Part shown: positions 40,017-50,133 of the stretch, piece by piece | How the letters are laid out: each line of letters opens with the position of its first letter | Position numbering within the stretch: the stretch's first letter is position 1 | Assembly (NCBI GenBank): GCA_026391945.1 | Contig: JAPLDA010000071.1 | Coordinates: 1,247 to 65,246, forward strand | Direction of reading: 5' to 3' | Length of the DNA: 64,000 bases | Origin: Bacteroidota bacterium | GTDB taxonomy: Bacteria; Bacteroidota; Bacteroidia; AKYH767-A; 2013-40CM-41-45 | The notes under the pieces: generated by a model | The model's database searches: none | What the model saw: only the letters and a program-made list of their open reading frames with translations | What the model was told of the DNA's origin: nothing | Position numbers and translations under genes: made by a program

Positions 40017-40892
40017 ATGAACAAAATACCGGAATCAGAACTTATCCTCAACGATGATAACAGTGTATATCATCTTAATCTCCAGCCAGAAGAATTAGCC
40101 CATACCGTCATCAATGTCGGTGATCCTGACCGTGTTGCCATGGTGAGCAGGTTTTTTGACAAAATTGAGTTCCGGAAACAAAAACGGGAATTCGTCACCC
40201 ATACAGGCACCTATAAAGGCAAAAGGATCACCGTCCTCTCAACAGGGATCGGTACTGATAACATCGACATCGTATACAATGAACTCGATGCACTGGTAAA
40301 CATTGACCTGGGAAAAAGGACCATCAAGGAAAAACTGACTTCATTGAACCTGGTCAGAATCGGAACATCCGGTTCATTGCAAACCGATATTCCTGTCGAC
40401 GGATTTGTTTTTTCTCAATTCGGACTTGGCCTGGATGGTTTGATGAACTTTTACAAGTTTGAGAATACGGAAGAAGAGAAAACCATCATCGAATCATTCC
40501 GGAAACATTATATCGGCCAGGGTATTTTGCCTCAATCCTATCTTGTTCGCTCATCCTCAAAACTGGAAAGCGCGCTTAGTGATGGTATGTTCAAGGGAAT
40601 TACAGCCAGTTGTTCAGGATTTTATGCTCCACAGGGAAGAGTGCTTCGCTATGAACTGGCATTCCCGGATGTCATCGACAGGCTCACCAGTTTTAAATCC
40701 GGGAATCATCTCATTACCAATTTTGAAATGGAAACAGGAGCCATGTACGGACTGGCAAAAATACTTGGCCATCATTGCTGTTCAATCAACGCCATTGTGG
40801 CGAACCGGAAAACAAAGGAACACACGCACAAAGGCGATGAAACGATGAACCAACTGATCGAACTTGTACTCGACAGGCTGGCAAAGATTTAA
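40017..40892 (+). CDS. Nucleoside (uridine-type) phosphorylase
   Basis: YHL, VGDPDRV, REF, STGIG, RIGTSG, FYAPQGR, NFEME. Confidence 0.9.
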   Translation: MNKIPESELILNDDNSVYHLNLQPEELAHTVINVGDPDRVAMVSRFFDKIEFRKQKREFVTHTGTYKGKRITVLSTGIGTDNIDIVYNELDALVNIDLGKRTIKEKLTSLNLVRIGTSGSLQTDIPVDGFVFSQFGLGLDGLMNFYKFENTEEEKTIIESFRKHYIGQGILPQSYLVRSSSKLESALSDGMFKGITASCSGFYAPQGRVLRYELAFPDVIDRLTSFKSGNHLITNFEMETGAMYGLAKILGHHCCSINAIVANRKTKEHTHKGDETMNQLIELVLDRLAKI

Positions 40893-40949
40893 AATAAAAC
40901 TTATGAATTAAAACAGGAGTCTGCGGGCAGAACTTTACAAAGTGAAGAA

Positions 40950-42569
40950 TCACTCCATCACTATTTTTCCTTTCCGGGAAAAACCGGTTTCATTCCTCAG
41001 TTCATAAAAATAAATTCCCGCCGAAAAATTTCTCCCGGAAATTTTTGTCCGGGTTTCATCCACTTGTTTTATTCTGACGACCGGCCTTCCGGTAACATCT
41101 TTTATTTCGAATTGAAAAGGACCAAACTGTTCCAATAATTCACCGCTGACAAAAAGGTTGGATGATTCGAAGAACGGATTCGGAAAAACAGAAACCTCGT
41201 CAGGATTATTTTTTTCATTTACATCGGTAAGGTCAGGCACCAATTGAACATTCAACATGGTAAGATTTCCATTCGACAATACAACTCCATGGATGGTTTT
41301 GGTGATGTAGCCCGGTTTGGAATACCTCACCGAATAAGATCCGGCGACATGATAGCCTGTTTGATAAACCCCGGTAAAATCGGTACTGTCAATTAAACTC
41401 ACCGATTGAATTTCGACATGAACCAGGTTGATCGGAAAGTTTGTCAAGCTGTCGGTCACAACTCCTTCGAGGAAACAAGCCCTTACATAATTCGGTGAAA
41501 GAACATACAACCCCGTTGTTTCGCCGGTAGCCAGGATATTTCCCGAAGGAAGGTATGGATCTACATCCCAGGAAAGCCCCGTCAATATTGGGAAATTTCC
41601 CACTTCCACCAGGTTGGATGGGCGGCTTGCATCCACGATGGTAACCTGGCTTCCATAGCAGGCATTCACAAGAAAATCGTTGAGCACTCTCACATTGTGC
41701 ACTTCATCAAAATAATTTGAATTCACAATTTGTCCGACTGAATATTTATCCAGCAAACTGATGTTGTTGAGATCGGTAACGTCGAATGCTGCAAGCGGAG
41801 CATGGTTGTGTTCATCGGTGGTAAACAACGTATGGCTGTTGTCGGACAGCCAGGCATTGTGATTGAAATTCCCGGGGGTGGCTTGATTCGCAAGAAATAC
41901 CGGGCTTGATTTATTGCTGATATCAAAAACAGAAAACCCGGCATTCAAATCACTGGTCCAGAGTGTATCGCCTCTGATAAAACTGTCGTGGCAATAGTTC
42001 AGCGTTTCCGCACCGACGTAATGAGGATTCAACGGATCCGCTAAATCCGCGATGATCACCCCTCTTCCGAGACTGAAAATATTATGGCCGTTGATGTAAA
42101 CAAAGCCATTGTCCATTTCAAGAGTATGCGCCTTATGAAGTTGCCCGGCTATCAACCCGTCGCCATGCCAGTAATGAGCCGGTGCACTGTCAGGCAAATA
42201 ACGCAGGTCGATGATCTGCAACCCATCGTTGATGCCGTTGGTATCGATTCCTTCTGTGGTTGCATAGGCAAAGCGTCCCCATGTTTTCACTTCATGCCAG
42301 AGGTTTGAAATACCGGGAACCTGTAAAATAAAATTGGGTGATGCAGGATTCGTTACGTCCACGATTGAAATTCCATGTTCGGTACCCACCAGGGCATATT
42401 CGTGGTTCAGTGAATCCACATAATGCCAGACTCCGGCGACCCTCTGCCCCGGGAAGGAAAGAAGAGATTGCTGTGTGAGGTTTAACTGAGCACTTGATGG
42501 TGTTTTGCACAGGATGAAACCTGCAAGCAGCCAGTAGATTTTTGACAGGTGTTTCCTAAAGAATTTCAT
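40950..42569 (-). CDS. Choice-of-anchor B / LVIVD-repeat T9SS cargo protein
   Basis: EYALVG, WHEVK, YCHD, HNAW, TTDE, HN; carboxypeptidase-regulatory-like domain; C-terminal FPNPF...GIYF...KIV. Confidence 0.82.
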   Translation of the reverse strand: MKFFRKHLSKIYWLLAGFILCKTPSSAQLNLTQQSLLSFPGQRVAGVWHYVDSLNHEYALVGTEHGISIVDVTNPASPNFILQVPGISNLWHEVKTWGRFAYATTEGIDTNGINDGLQIIDLRYLPDSAPAHYWHGDGLIAGQLHKAHTLEMDNGFVYINGHNIFSLGRGVIIADLADPLNPHYVGAETLNYCHDSFIRGDTLWTSDLNAGFSVFDISNKSSPVFLANQATPGNFNHNAWLSDNSHTLFTTDEHNHAPLAAFDVTDLNNISLLDKYSVGQIVNSNYFDEVHNVRVLNDFLVNACYGSQVTIVDASRPSNLVEVGNFPILTGLSWDVDPYLPSGNILATGETTGLYVLSPNYVRACFLEGVVTDSLTNFPINLVHVEIQSVSLIDSTDFTGVYQTGYHVAGSYSVRYSKPGYITKTIHGVVLSNGNLTMLNVQLVPDLTDVNEKNNPDEVSVFPNPFFESSNLFVSGELLEQFGPFQFEIKDVTGRPVVRIKQVDETRTKISGRNFSAGIYFYELRNETGFSRKGKIVME

Positions 42570-42631
42570 TTGTTAACAGAAAGTCATGTAAAACTAATAA
42601 ATCTTTTTCCTCCGGGATAATAAACATCTCG

Positions 42632-42793
42632 GCCGCTGAGCGGTGGGGAATTACACCCCAAGATCCCGATACCCCCCTCTATCAGGATCAATCCCCAGAC
42701 GTTGCTCGGGATCAATCTCTCGACATTGCTCAGGACAGGTTCGACGTAATCGTTTCCGTGCACCTGCCAGGGCGAATTTCTAAAACGATAGTC
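42632..42793. repeat. Modular palindromic intergenic element, copy A (three internal units)
   Basis: Shares left end, internal unit GACGTTGCTCGGGAT and a 54-nt 3' stem-loop with 59911-60012. Confidence 0.8.
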
Positions 42794-42949
42794 ATTGATT
42801 AAAACCGAATCTTCAGCCGGATATCGAGGTTTTGAAAATGTTTCAGTAGTGATCAACAAAATATTCCAACAGATTTTTGTTCATAATTAACGGTCGTTTT
42901 CAGCATCTCATTTTCTTCATCCTTGTATAAGGAGTAAGAAAAAAATAAA

Positions 42950-43819
42950 ATGAACCCGAAAGAAATAAACAGCCTGATCAAACTGCTCGATGATACCGAT
43001 GCGGAAATTTACCAGCAGATAGAAGCGAAACTGGTGACGATGGGAAAGGAAGTAATCCCGATCCTCGAAAGTGCCTGGAGCAGCTCACTGGATGCCCTGA
43101 TGCAGCATCGCATCGAAAACATCATTCATAAAATTCAACTGGAAGAACTGCAACACGATGTTCGTGTGTGGGCGCATGCCGGCGGACATGACATCATCAA
43201 AGGAGCGATGCTGGTGGCGAAGTATCAATACCCGGATCTCAACGAAGAAAACCTGCGGGTGCAGCTCGACAAGATCACCCGCGATGCCTGGCTGGAGATG
43301 AACGACAACCTGACGGCGCTGGAACAGGTGAAAGTCCTCAACAGGATCTTTTTTGACATTCACGGATTCGGCGGCAACACCCAGAATTATCATGCGCCGC
43401 AAAATTCCTACATCAACATTGTGATGGAAACAAAAAAAGCGAACCCGCTGATGCTCTCCATCCTTTACCTGGAAGTGGCGCGTTCGGCCGGTGTTCCGGT
43501 GTACGGGGTGAATCTGCCAGAACATTTCGTGCTTTGTTACAAGGATGAAGAAGCCATCCTGCCCATTTTCACAGAAGAAAGTCAGCCGGGAATTTTGTTT
43601 TACATCAACCCGTTCAGCAAAGGCGATATTTTCGGGAGGAAGGAAATTGATAATTTCCTGAAGCAATTAAAAATAGAAGCGGATAAAAGTTATTACGAGC
43701 CCTGCACCAACCTCGAAATGATACAACGGCTGATCCGTAACCTGATGAATTCATACCACAAACTTGGATTCATGGAAAAAGTGGAAGAGCTGAATTTGCT
43801 GATGCGAGCGACGGAATAA
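42950..43819 (+). CDS. Transglutaminase-like (SirB1/Transglut_core2) protein
   Basis: NSYIN.V, LSILY, GVNLPEHF, YINPF, RNL motifs. Confidence 0.8.
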   Translation: MNPKEINSLIKLLDDTDAEIYQQIEAKLVTMGKEVIPILESAWSSSLDALMQHRIENIIHKIQLEELQHDVRVWAHAGGHDIIKGAMLVAKYQYPDLNEENLRVQLDKITRDAWLEMNDNLTALEQVKVLNRIFFDIHGFGGNTQNYHAPQNSYINIVMETKKANPLMLSILYLEVARSAGVPVYGVNLPEHFVLCYKDEEAILPIFTEESQPGILFYINPFSKGDIFGRKEIDNFLKQLKIEADKSYYEPCTNLEMIQRLIRNLMNSYHKLGFMEKVEELNLLMRATE

Positions 43820-43822
43820 CGT

Positions 43823-44419
43823 TCAGAAAATTTTTAATAGTGTTTTTGCAAGGATGCAGAAGTAGTTTCCGATGGTCGGGTGATCGATGTATTTCATGTT
43901 CAGTATTATTTTATCCGGCATGATTTCTTCGACATACGTTTTAAGCGGATCGGTTGATTTCCCAAGCAATTCATTTTCATCAGCATATTCAATGGAAGCA
44001 TAATCCGTGATTCCGGGTTTAACGGTGAGCACTTTGCGCTGCTTCTCAGAATACAAGTCAACATATTTCCTGACTTCCGGCCTCGGGCCCACAAGGCTCA
44101 TCTGACCAACCAGGACATTCACGAGTTGGGGCAATTCATCCAGTTTGAATTTCCTTAGAAAATATCCGGCGCCAGTAATCCTTGGGTCTTTTTTACCCAC
44201 CGTAATCTGTCCGGTTTTCTCTGAATCTATTCGCATCGTTCTGAATTTCCACAGAGTAAAATCCACCCCGTTCTTCCCTACTCTATTCTGCAGAAACAAA
44301 ACTCCTCCTTTTGAACCGACGATCACGAAGACGGAAATGATTAAGAAGACAGGAGACAGAATGATCAGTCCGCACAATGAAAATAAAAGATCAAAAAAGC
44401 GAATAAGAAAGCTGTTCAT
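43823..44419 (-). CDS. Phosphoglycosyl (initiating sugar) transferase
   Basis: RFFD, KFRTM, DPRIT, KLDELPQ, MSLVGPRPE, KPGIT. Confidence 0.93.
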   Translation of the reverse strand: MNSFLIRFFDLLFSLCGLIILSPVFLIISVFVIVGSKGGVLFLQNRVGKNGVDFTLWKFRTMRIDSEKTGQITVGKKDPRITGAGYFLRKFKLDELPQLVNVLVGQMSLVGPRPEVRKYVDLYSEKQRKVLTVKPGITDYASIEYADENELLGKSTDPLKTYVEEIMPDKIILNMKYIDHPTIGNYFCILAKTLLKIF

Positions 44420-44445
44420 TGTGGCTGCGGTGATCACCGCTGTAA

Positions 44446-45777
44446 TTATTTTTTCGGCATCATCCAGTTGAAAATATCCTGGATCACATACAATGGTACA
44501 TTACCTGTTTTATCGTACTCCGCAGGATTGCTTTTCCCCTGCCCTTCCTGGAACAGGTGATTCAGTTTCGGGTACAACTTAAACTGGATATTTTTTTTGC
44601 CGGTCAATTCCTTTTTCCACAGGTTGAAATCCTCCATGGGAACCTGGTAGTCACGTTCGCCGTGCAAGATATAAACGGGAATATTAGTTTCTTTCACAGC
44701 TTCCACCTGGTGATAAGCATTGAGATCGATCCAATAGGACTTAGGCAGCGACAACAGGTACTTCACCGTAGAATCGGATGCTGAAGCAGCATCGAGTTTC
44801 TTAATTTTATCGCGTTGGGATTTCAACGAATCAAGCATGACCTTCCTCCGTTCAGTGAGACTGTCCTTTGTGAAAATATATTGGGTTTGTTCATAGAGGA
44901 TATCCTCCAGAGGGCCGGCATTGGCAGCGACCATGAACAATCCGGCAACTCCTTTGACCTGGGTAGCAATTCTTGGCAGCAACATGCCACCCATGGCATG
45001 TCCGAGAAGAAATATCCTGGAAGAATCAATGGCTGGATATTTTTTCAGAAACTGAACAGCAGCCACGGCATCATCCATGGTTTCTTCTTTCACGGTAAGC
45101 CGGCTCCTGTTGGAAGCCATCCTCCCGGTATAAACCCTGGATCTTTTGTCGTATCTCAGAACAGCCACTCCCTTGGTGGCTAAGCCTAAAGCAACGTCTT
45201 TGAACATTTTTGTTGAGCCAACCGTTTCATCCCGGTCATTCGGGCCGGAACCATGAATCAAAACCACGACAGGAAACTTTGAACCTTTTACGGGAAGCGA
45301 AAGTGTTCCGGGTAGCGTCAACTCTCCCGAAGTGATTTTTATTTCCTTTTCAATTACCCTGGTTGAATCATAATAAGCGGGCAACTTATAATGTTCGACA
45401 GGATGATTGGGAACAAGCGCCAGGCTGGTGATCTTATCTTTTTTACTGAAGACCAGTCTGAAATCGATGTTCTTTTTTTCAAACGACAGGAACTGTGTCA
45501 CCACTGAAAAATTAGCTTCAATATTTTCCCGCACATCGTTTGTCTTCACATAAACACCGGACTGCTGGGTGATGCTTTTCCACACCTGGGAAATTTTTTC
45601 TTTTGGAAATCGTTTTGCGGCCGCCGAGTCAAATAACAAAAGAGCCTGTTCGAAGTCACCTTTCACGAACTGGTTCAGAACGGTTGCTGCGATTTCTTTC
45701 CGGCTGCTTTTTTTATCCTGCGCCATCACATGGAAACATGCAGTTGAGAGGAATAACAATGCTAAGATTTTTTTCAT
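44446..45777 (-). CDS. Exported DUF3887-type alpha/beta hydrolase with a GHAMGG nucleophile elbow (Ala in place of Ser)
   Basis: HGSGPNDRDE, LRYDKR, GERDYQV, LNH. Confidence 0.82.
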   Translation of the reverse strand: MKKILALLFLSTACFHVMAQDKKSSRKEIAATVLNQFVKGDFEQALLLFDSAAAKRFPKEKISQVWKSITQQSGVYVKTNDVRENIEANFSVVTQFLSFEKKNIDFRLVFSKKDKITSLALVPNHPVEHYKLPAYYDSTRVIEKEIKITSGELTLPGTLSLPVKGSKFPVVVLIHGSGPNDRDETVGSTKMFKDVALGLATKGVAVLRYDKRSRVYTGRMASNRSRLTVKEETMDDAVAAVQFLKKYPAIDSSRIFLLGHAMGGMLLPRIATQVKGVAGLFMVAANAGPLEDILYEQTQYIFTKDSLTERRKVMLDSLKSQRDKIKKLDAASASDSTVKYLLSLPKSYWIDLNAYHQVEAVKETNIPVYILHGERDYQVPMEDFNLWKKELTGKKNIQFKLYPKLNHLFQEGQGKSNPAEYDKTGNVPLYVIQDIFNWMMPKK

Positions 45778-45786
45778 ATTGAATTA

Positions 45787-47016
45787 TTATTTTGATTTTA
45801 TTATTTCATCAACAGATTCGCTGACCGCCATGATCACCTGTTCCACCTGGTTTTCCAATAAATCATAATAGACCGGCAAAGATATCTCATTGCTGTAAAG
45901 CCGGAACGTATTCGGATAATTTTTGATGTCGTAACCCAGCGACTTGTAAAACGACATCATGGGAACCGGAATAAAGTGAACATTTACTGAAACATCGCGG
46001 TTGAATATTTTTTGCAGGATGGCGTCACGTTGCTCTTCTGAAACGTTCTTTATTCTTAACGGATACAGATGATACGAAGACTCTAATTCGTAATTCGTAA
46101 TTCGTAATTCGTATTTGGGTAAAATGGCCCATTCATATTGAGTCAGCGCTTCCGAATATTTTTCACAAATCCATTTTCTTTTTTTCAACGTGTCGTTGTC
46201 GTAACGCTTAAGTTCCACCAGTCCGATAGAAGCCAGAATATCGGTCATGTTGCATTTGTAACCGGCTTCCACAACATCGTAGCGCCAGTTTCCCTTTTGC
46301 GTTTTTGCCAATGCATCCTTATCCTGTCCGTGCAGCGCTTTCACACAAAGCTTCTGATAAATTTCATCGTTGTTAAAGGGCAACGGTAAATTCAGGGCAA
46401 TTGATCCGCCTTCAGCCGTTGTCAGATTTTTCACGGCATGAAAAGAAAAAACAGAAACATCCGTGAGTGATCCCGTTCTTTTACCATGGTACCATGCTCC
46501 CAGTGAATGGGCGGCGTCCGACAGGATGAGAATACGTCCCAGCATTTTTTGTTCAGAGGTCGTTGTCGAAAATTTTTCTTTTATCTCTTTCTTTTCAACC
46601 AATGCCTGGATGGATTGGTAATCGCAAGGCATCCCGCCGAAATCGACAGGCATGATCACCTTTGTTTTCGAAGTGATCGCCTTTTCAATTTCAATTATGT
46701 TGATGTTGAAATCATCGTTCACATCTACAAATACCGGCTTCGCTCCACAGTGAATGATGACATTTGCTGTTGCTGAATACGTGTAAGCCGGCAGGATCAC
46801 TTCATCGCCTTCCTTCACACCAAACCACCGGAGCATCAGTTCCAGTCCGGCTGTGGCAGAATTCAGGCATAAGGTGGCTTTGTTACCACAATATTCCGTC
46901 AGCTTTTTTTCAAACAGTTTCGTTTTCGGTCCGGTTGTAATCCAGCCCGACTTCAGCGTTTCAGTAACGGCGTCAATTATTTCCTGGTCGATGCGGGGAG
47001 GGGAAAATGGGATCAT
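45787..47016 (-). CDS. DegT/DnrJ/EryC1/StrS sugar aminotransferase
   Basis: GWITTGP, NSATAG, DAAHS, FSFHAVKN (PLP Lys), EGG, ISLP. Confidence 0.94.
   Translation of the reverse strand: MIPFSPPRIDQEIIDAVTETLKSGWITTGPKTKLFEKKLTEYCGNKATLCLNSATAGLELMLRWFGVKEGDEVILPAYTYSATANVIIHCGAKPVFVDVNDDFNINIIEIEKAITSKTKVIMPVDFGGMPCDYQSIQALVEKKEIKEKFSTTTSEQKMLGRILILSDAAHSLGAWYHGKRTGSLTDVSVFSFHAVKNLTTAEGGSIALNLPLPFNNDEIYQKLCVKALHGQDKDALAKTQKGNWRYDVVEAGYKCNMTDILASIGLVELKRYDNDTLKKRKWICEKYSEALTQYEWAILPKYELRITNYELESSYHLYPLRIKNVSEEQRDAILQKIFNRDVSVNVHFIPVPMMSFYKSLGYDIKNYPNTFRLYSNEISLPVYYDLLENQVEQVIMAVSESVDEIIKSK
46084..46113. repeat. (TAATTCG)x4 heptamer repeat inside the aminotransferase CDS
   Basis: Four perfect units plus TA; translates as YELRITNYEL. 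Confidence 0.95.
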
Positions 47017-48308
47017 TATGTTGCTGGATCAGGTTTGGGTGATGCTGAATCAGATTGGGAGCGAAGGTAAAACAAGATATTAAATGCCGCGAAAAATAAA
47101 ATTCCGTTCTGCTTTTCAAAAAGGCATTCCGTCATGCTGTTGAGGATGACAATGAGAAGAAAGAAAAAATAAATCCAGTCCCTGTTCTTAAAAGAAATTT
47201 TTAAGCCTGGATAATACATCAGGAACAAAGAAATCAACCCGATTAAACCCAATGCAACGAAGGTATTTAAAAACTGGTTGTGACAATTGAATCTTCCTGC
47301 AACACCGGCATTAAAATTATTTTCCCTGTAAATATTTTCCAGTTCGTCTTTAATATCGCCGGTACCAACGCCAATCAACGGACTTCGTTTTCCAAGGGCA
47401 ATGGAATATTTCCATATTTTCATATGAAGGCCTGTGCTGTTTTCATTTTCTATAATTGGTTCTTCAATTTTATTCCCAGCCGGTTGAACCGGTTCTTCCT
47501 TTATTATGGACTTTACATCATTAAACCTGTTGACATGATTCAATAAATAAAACTGAACGAGAAACAATGAAACGAGAAACAAAAAAGAAATAACATACTT
47601 CCTCCCCCATTTAACATCCTGTTTAAACCGGTACAGTAAAAACACGAATACTGTGACAAATGCAACCACGCTGGCGGTGCGTGCAGAAAGCTGGATGATG
47701 GTGACGAACAAAAAGTAGCACAAAGAAATTCCGGCGATCTTTTTCACATGGGAAAGCACATCCCATTTCCGGATCAGTTCATCCGCCAGGAAAATGATAG
47801 CCAGGTTGAGGTACATTGAAAAATAGGAAGGATGCAAAAAATGCGAATAGTACGTGTAATAAAAATAATGCGGGCTTGGATTTGCCGAATAATTCCGGTA
47901 AGAAAAAAACAGGCACAATAAAGCACCTGCCGTACACCCGGAAACAAAAATCAATTTCAGTTTTGTAAATTGTTCTTTTGAAATGATAAGTGCAGGAAAC
48001 AACAGCGGGCAAAGCAGGAATGACAACTTGGACTGAAGATCAAAAAAAGCAAAAGAAAAATTTGCTGTATAAAGAAGCCCGACCAAATGAGCCATGTAAA
48101 AAAATAAAAAAAATAAAATTTTTTTATCCTGTTTAATCACCGTAAAAGAAACCATTGCATCACCGCTAAAAAGCCACAGCAGCAGCATTGCGGCTATGCA
48201 CATCACGGATACTGACTGAAAAGAAGGAAGGAAGAACAGGAACGCAGAAAGCAAATAGAAATATGCACGCTCCTTCATCCCCAGGTTGTTTATACAGCTA
48301 AAATTCAT
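47016..48308 (-). CDS. O-antigen ligase family (Wzy_C/WaaL) protein
   Basis: About 12 TM segments; SAR, GVGTGD, HNQFL. Start may be 48278. Confidence 0.8.
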   Translation of the reverse strand: MNFSCINNLGMKERAYFYLLSAFLFFLPSFQSVSVMCIAAMLLLWLFSGDAMVSFTVIKQDKKILFFLFFYMAHLVGLLYTANFSFAFFDLQSKLSFLLCPLLFPALIISKEQFTKLKLIFVSGCTAGALLCLFFSYRNYSANPSPHYFYYTYYSHFLHPSYFSMYLNLAIIFLADELIRKWDVLSHVKKIAGISLCYFLFVTIIQLSARTASVVAFVTVFVFLLYRFKQDVKWGRKYVISFLFLVSLFLVQFYLLNHVNRFNDVKSIIKEEPVQPAGNKIEEPIIENENSTGLHMKIWKYSIALGKRSPLIGVGTGDIKDELENIYRENNFNAGVAGRFNCHNQFLNTFVALGLIGLISLFLMYYPGLKISFKNRDWIYFFFLLIVILNSMTECLFEKQNGILFFAAFNILFYLRSQSDSASPKPDPAT

Positions 48309-49396
48309 TAACTATTATCGCTATTGCACAGTGAAAGGATCGCATCCACTATTTTTTTACCGGCCCTGCCATCACCATACAACTGAACATCAAAAGAAAA
48401 CTGTTTTGCTCTCATCGCTTCAAAATTTCTCAAAATGGAACCGGCATCGGAACCAGCTATCTTATTGTATCCACATTCCACCAGTTCTGTCCATTCTGTT
48501 TCGTCACGCAGCGTGACACATGGCTTCTGAAAAAAATAGGCTTCCTTCTGCAGCCCGCCACTGTCGGTCATTACCAACTTACAATGTTTCAGCAATTCAA
48601 GCATATCAAAATAACCAACGGGTTCTATTACGTCGAAGTTAAGTTTGATTTTATTGGTGTCCATAATTTTCCGTGTGCGCGGGTGCAATGGCAGAACAAC
48701 AGGAATGGTTTCAGTAATCGTATTCAGCGCACTGATGATGGAAGCTAATTTTGAAACATCATCCGTGTTCTCTGCCCGGTGCAAGGTGCAAAGGACAAAT
48801 TCAGAATTATTTAATTTTGAAATAATGGTTGATTGAAGGGACGCCTTTTCCTGGTAAAATAAAACCGCATCATACATCACGTCACCGGTGTTAAGAATGG
48901 AGCATCCGAACAAATGAAAAGCCTCGCGTTCCAGGTTCCTGACAGCTGTTTCGGACGGGCAAAACAAATGATCAGAAATCCGGTCCGTAACAATCCGGTT
49001 GATTTCCTCAGGCATCCGCATGTTATAACTTCTTAACCCCGCTTCCACATGTGCAAGCGGGATGTTTAACTTCCTTGCCGCCAGGGCGCCTGCCAGCGTT
49101 GAATTCGTGTCGCCATACACCAGCACGAGGCCAGGTTTCACATCCGCAATCACTTTTTCAACTTTCTCCAGCATTTGTCCTGTCATAGCTCCCTGCGACA
49201 GGCTATGAATGTTGAGGTGGTAAGCCGGTTCCGGAATTTCCATCTCCCTGAAAAATATTTCAGACATATTTTTATCAAAATGCTGACCGGTGTGCACGAT
49301 GATTTCATCCAATAAAGAATGCCTGGAAATTTCCCGGCTTACAACGGCTGCTTTTACAAATTGAGGCCTGGCCCCAAGAACGGTAACAATTTTCAT
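48308..49396 (-). CDS. wecB: Non-hydrolysing UDP-N-acetylglucosamine 2-epimerase family
   Basis: GARPQFVK, HTGQH, GDTNS, HVEAGLRS, PEEINR, TDSGGLQKEA. Confidence 0.92.
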   Translation of the reverse strand: MKIVTVLGARPQFVKAAVVSREISRHSLLDEIIVHTGQHFDKNMSEIFFREMEIPEPAYHLNIHSLSQGAMTGQMLEKVEKVIADVKPGLVLVYGDTNSTLAGALAARKLNIPLAHVEAGLRSYNMRMPEEINRIVTDRISDHLFCPSETAVRNLEREAFHLFGCSILNTGDVMYDAVLFYQEKASLQSTIISKLNNSEFVLCTLHRAENTDDVSKLASIISALNTITETIPVVLPLHPRTRKIMDTNKIKLNFDVIEPVGYFDMLELLKHCKLVMTDSGGLQKEAYFFQKPCVTLRDETEWTELVECGYNKIAGSDAGSILRNFEAMRAKQFSFDVQLYGDGRAGKKIVDAILSLCNSDNS

Positions 49397-49457
49397 TCGC
49401 CTTTTTATAATTGATTAAAATCCACCCTCCGGATCAACAAACAGGAAATGATTTCAT

Positions 49458-50102
49458 CTATGACTTTAAATTTTTTTCCAGGAAATTATGAATGGTCTCC
49501 TGGTCAAAATAATTTTGCTGAACCAGTGCTTCGCTGAAATATTTTTCATCCAGGTTTTTAGTACTTCCCTTAATGACACCAGGATTACCAACGACAATGG
49601 AAAAATCAGGAATCGATTTATTAACCAATGTCCCTGCCGCTATCAAACATCCCTTTCCGACATTCACACCGGGCATAATGGTTGATTTTGCTCCAATGAA
49701 AGTATACTCTCCGATACTGACCTCTCCATGTATATATCCGATCCGTTCAGCCTGGGATGTTTTGATGTAGCTGTCGCCGCCGTACAACCTGATGGCGATG
49801 TGGCTGCTGTGTGTAAAAATTCCGACCCATGCTCCAACCTGGCAACCGTCTCCAATGGTCACTTTATTTGAAGCATCAATGATTGAATAATGCCAGATCC
49901 AAACGTTATCCCCGATCTGCAAATTGTCTTTATTCAATATAACAACGGATGAAGATAACCTGGTGTTTCTCTTAAACCTTCCATCAGCTTTACAGTGATA
50001 ACCATACACCATGAACGGTCTCGAAAAAACACTGAACAGGTTTTGAATGAATGAAATCATTCTTCCTGCCGGAGAAAAATATAGTTTCTTTTTTAGTTCC
50101 AT
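49458..50102 (-). CDS. Hexapeptide-repeat (left-handed beta-helix) acyltransferase
   Basis: IGDNVWI, IGDGCQVG, THSSH, IGEYTFIG, VVGNP. Confidence 0.88.
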   Translation of the reverse strand: MELKKKLYFSPAGRMISFIQNLFSVFSRPFMVYGYHCKADGRFKRNTRLSSSVVILNKDNLQIGDNVWIWHYSIIDASNKVTIGDGCQVGAWVGIFTHSSHIAIRLYGGDSYIKTSQAERIGYIHGEVSIGEYTFIGAKSTIMPGVNVGKGCLIAAGTLVNKSIPDFSIVVGNPGVIKGSTKNLDEKYFSEALVQQNYFDQETIHNFLEKNLKS

Positions 50103-50133
50103 GATTCAAAAATTATTTCCAAAGCAACTCCCA

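Noticed and set aside
42584-42859. 91 aa ORF, RNase P RNA or mini-CRISPR
   Set aside because: The ORF only spans the palindromic repeat. RNase P motifs (GAGGAAAGTCC) are absent. The units abut with no spacers and there are no cas genes.
43085-43666. 193 aa antisense ORF
   Set aside because: Shadow of the GC-richer transglutaminase-like gene.
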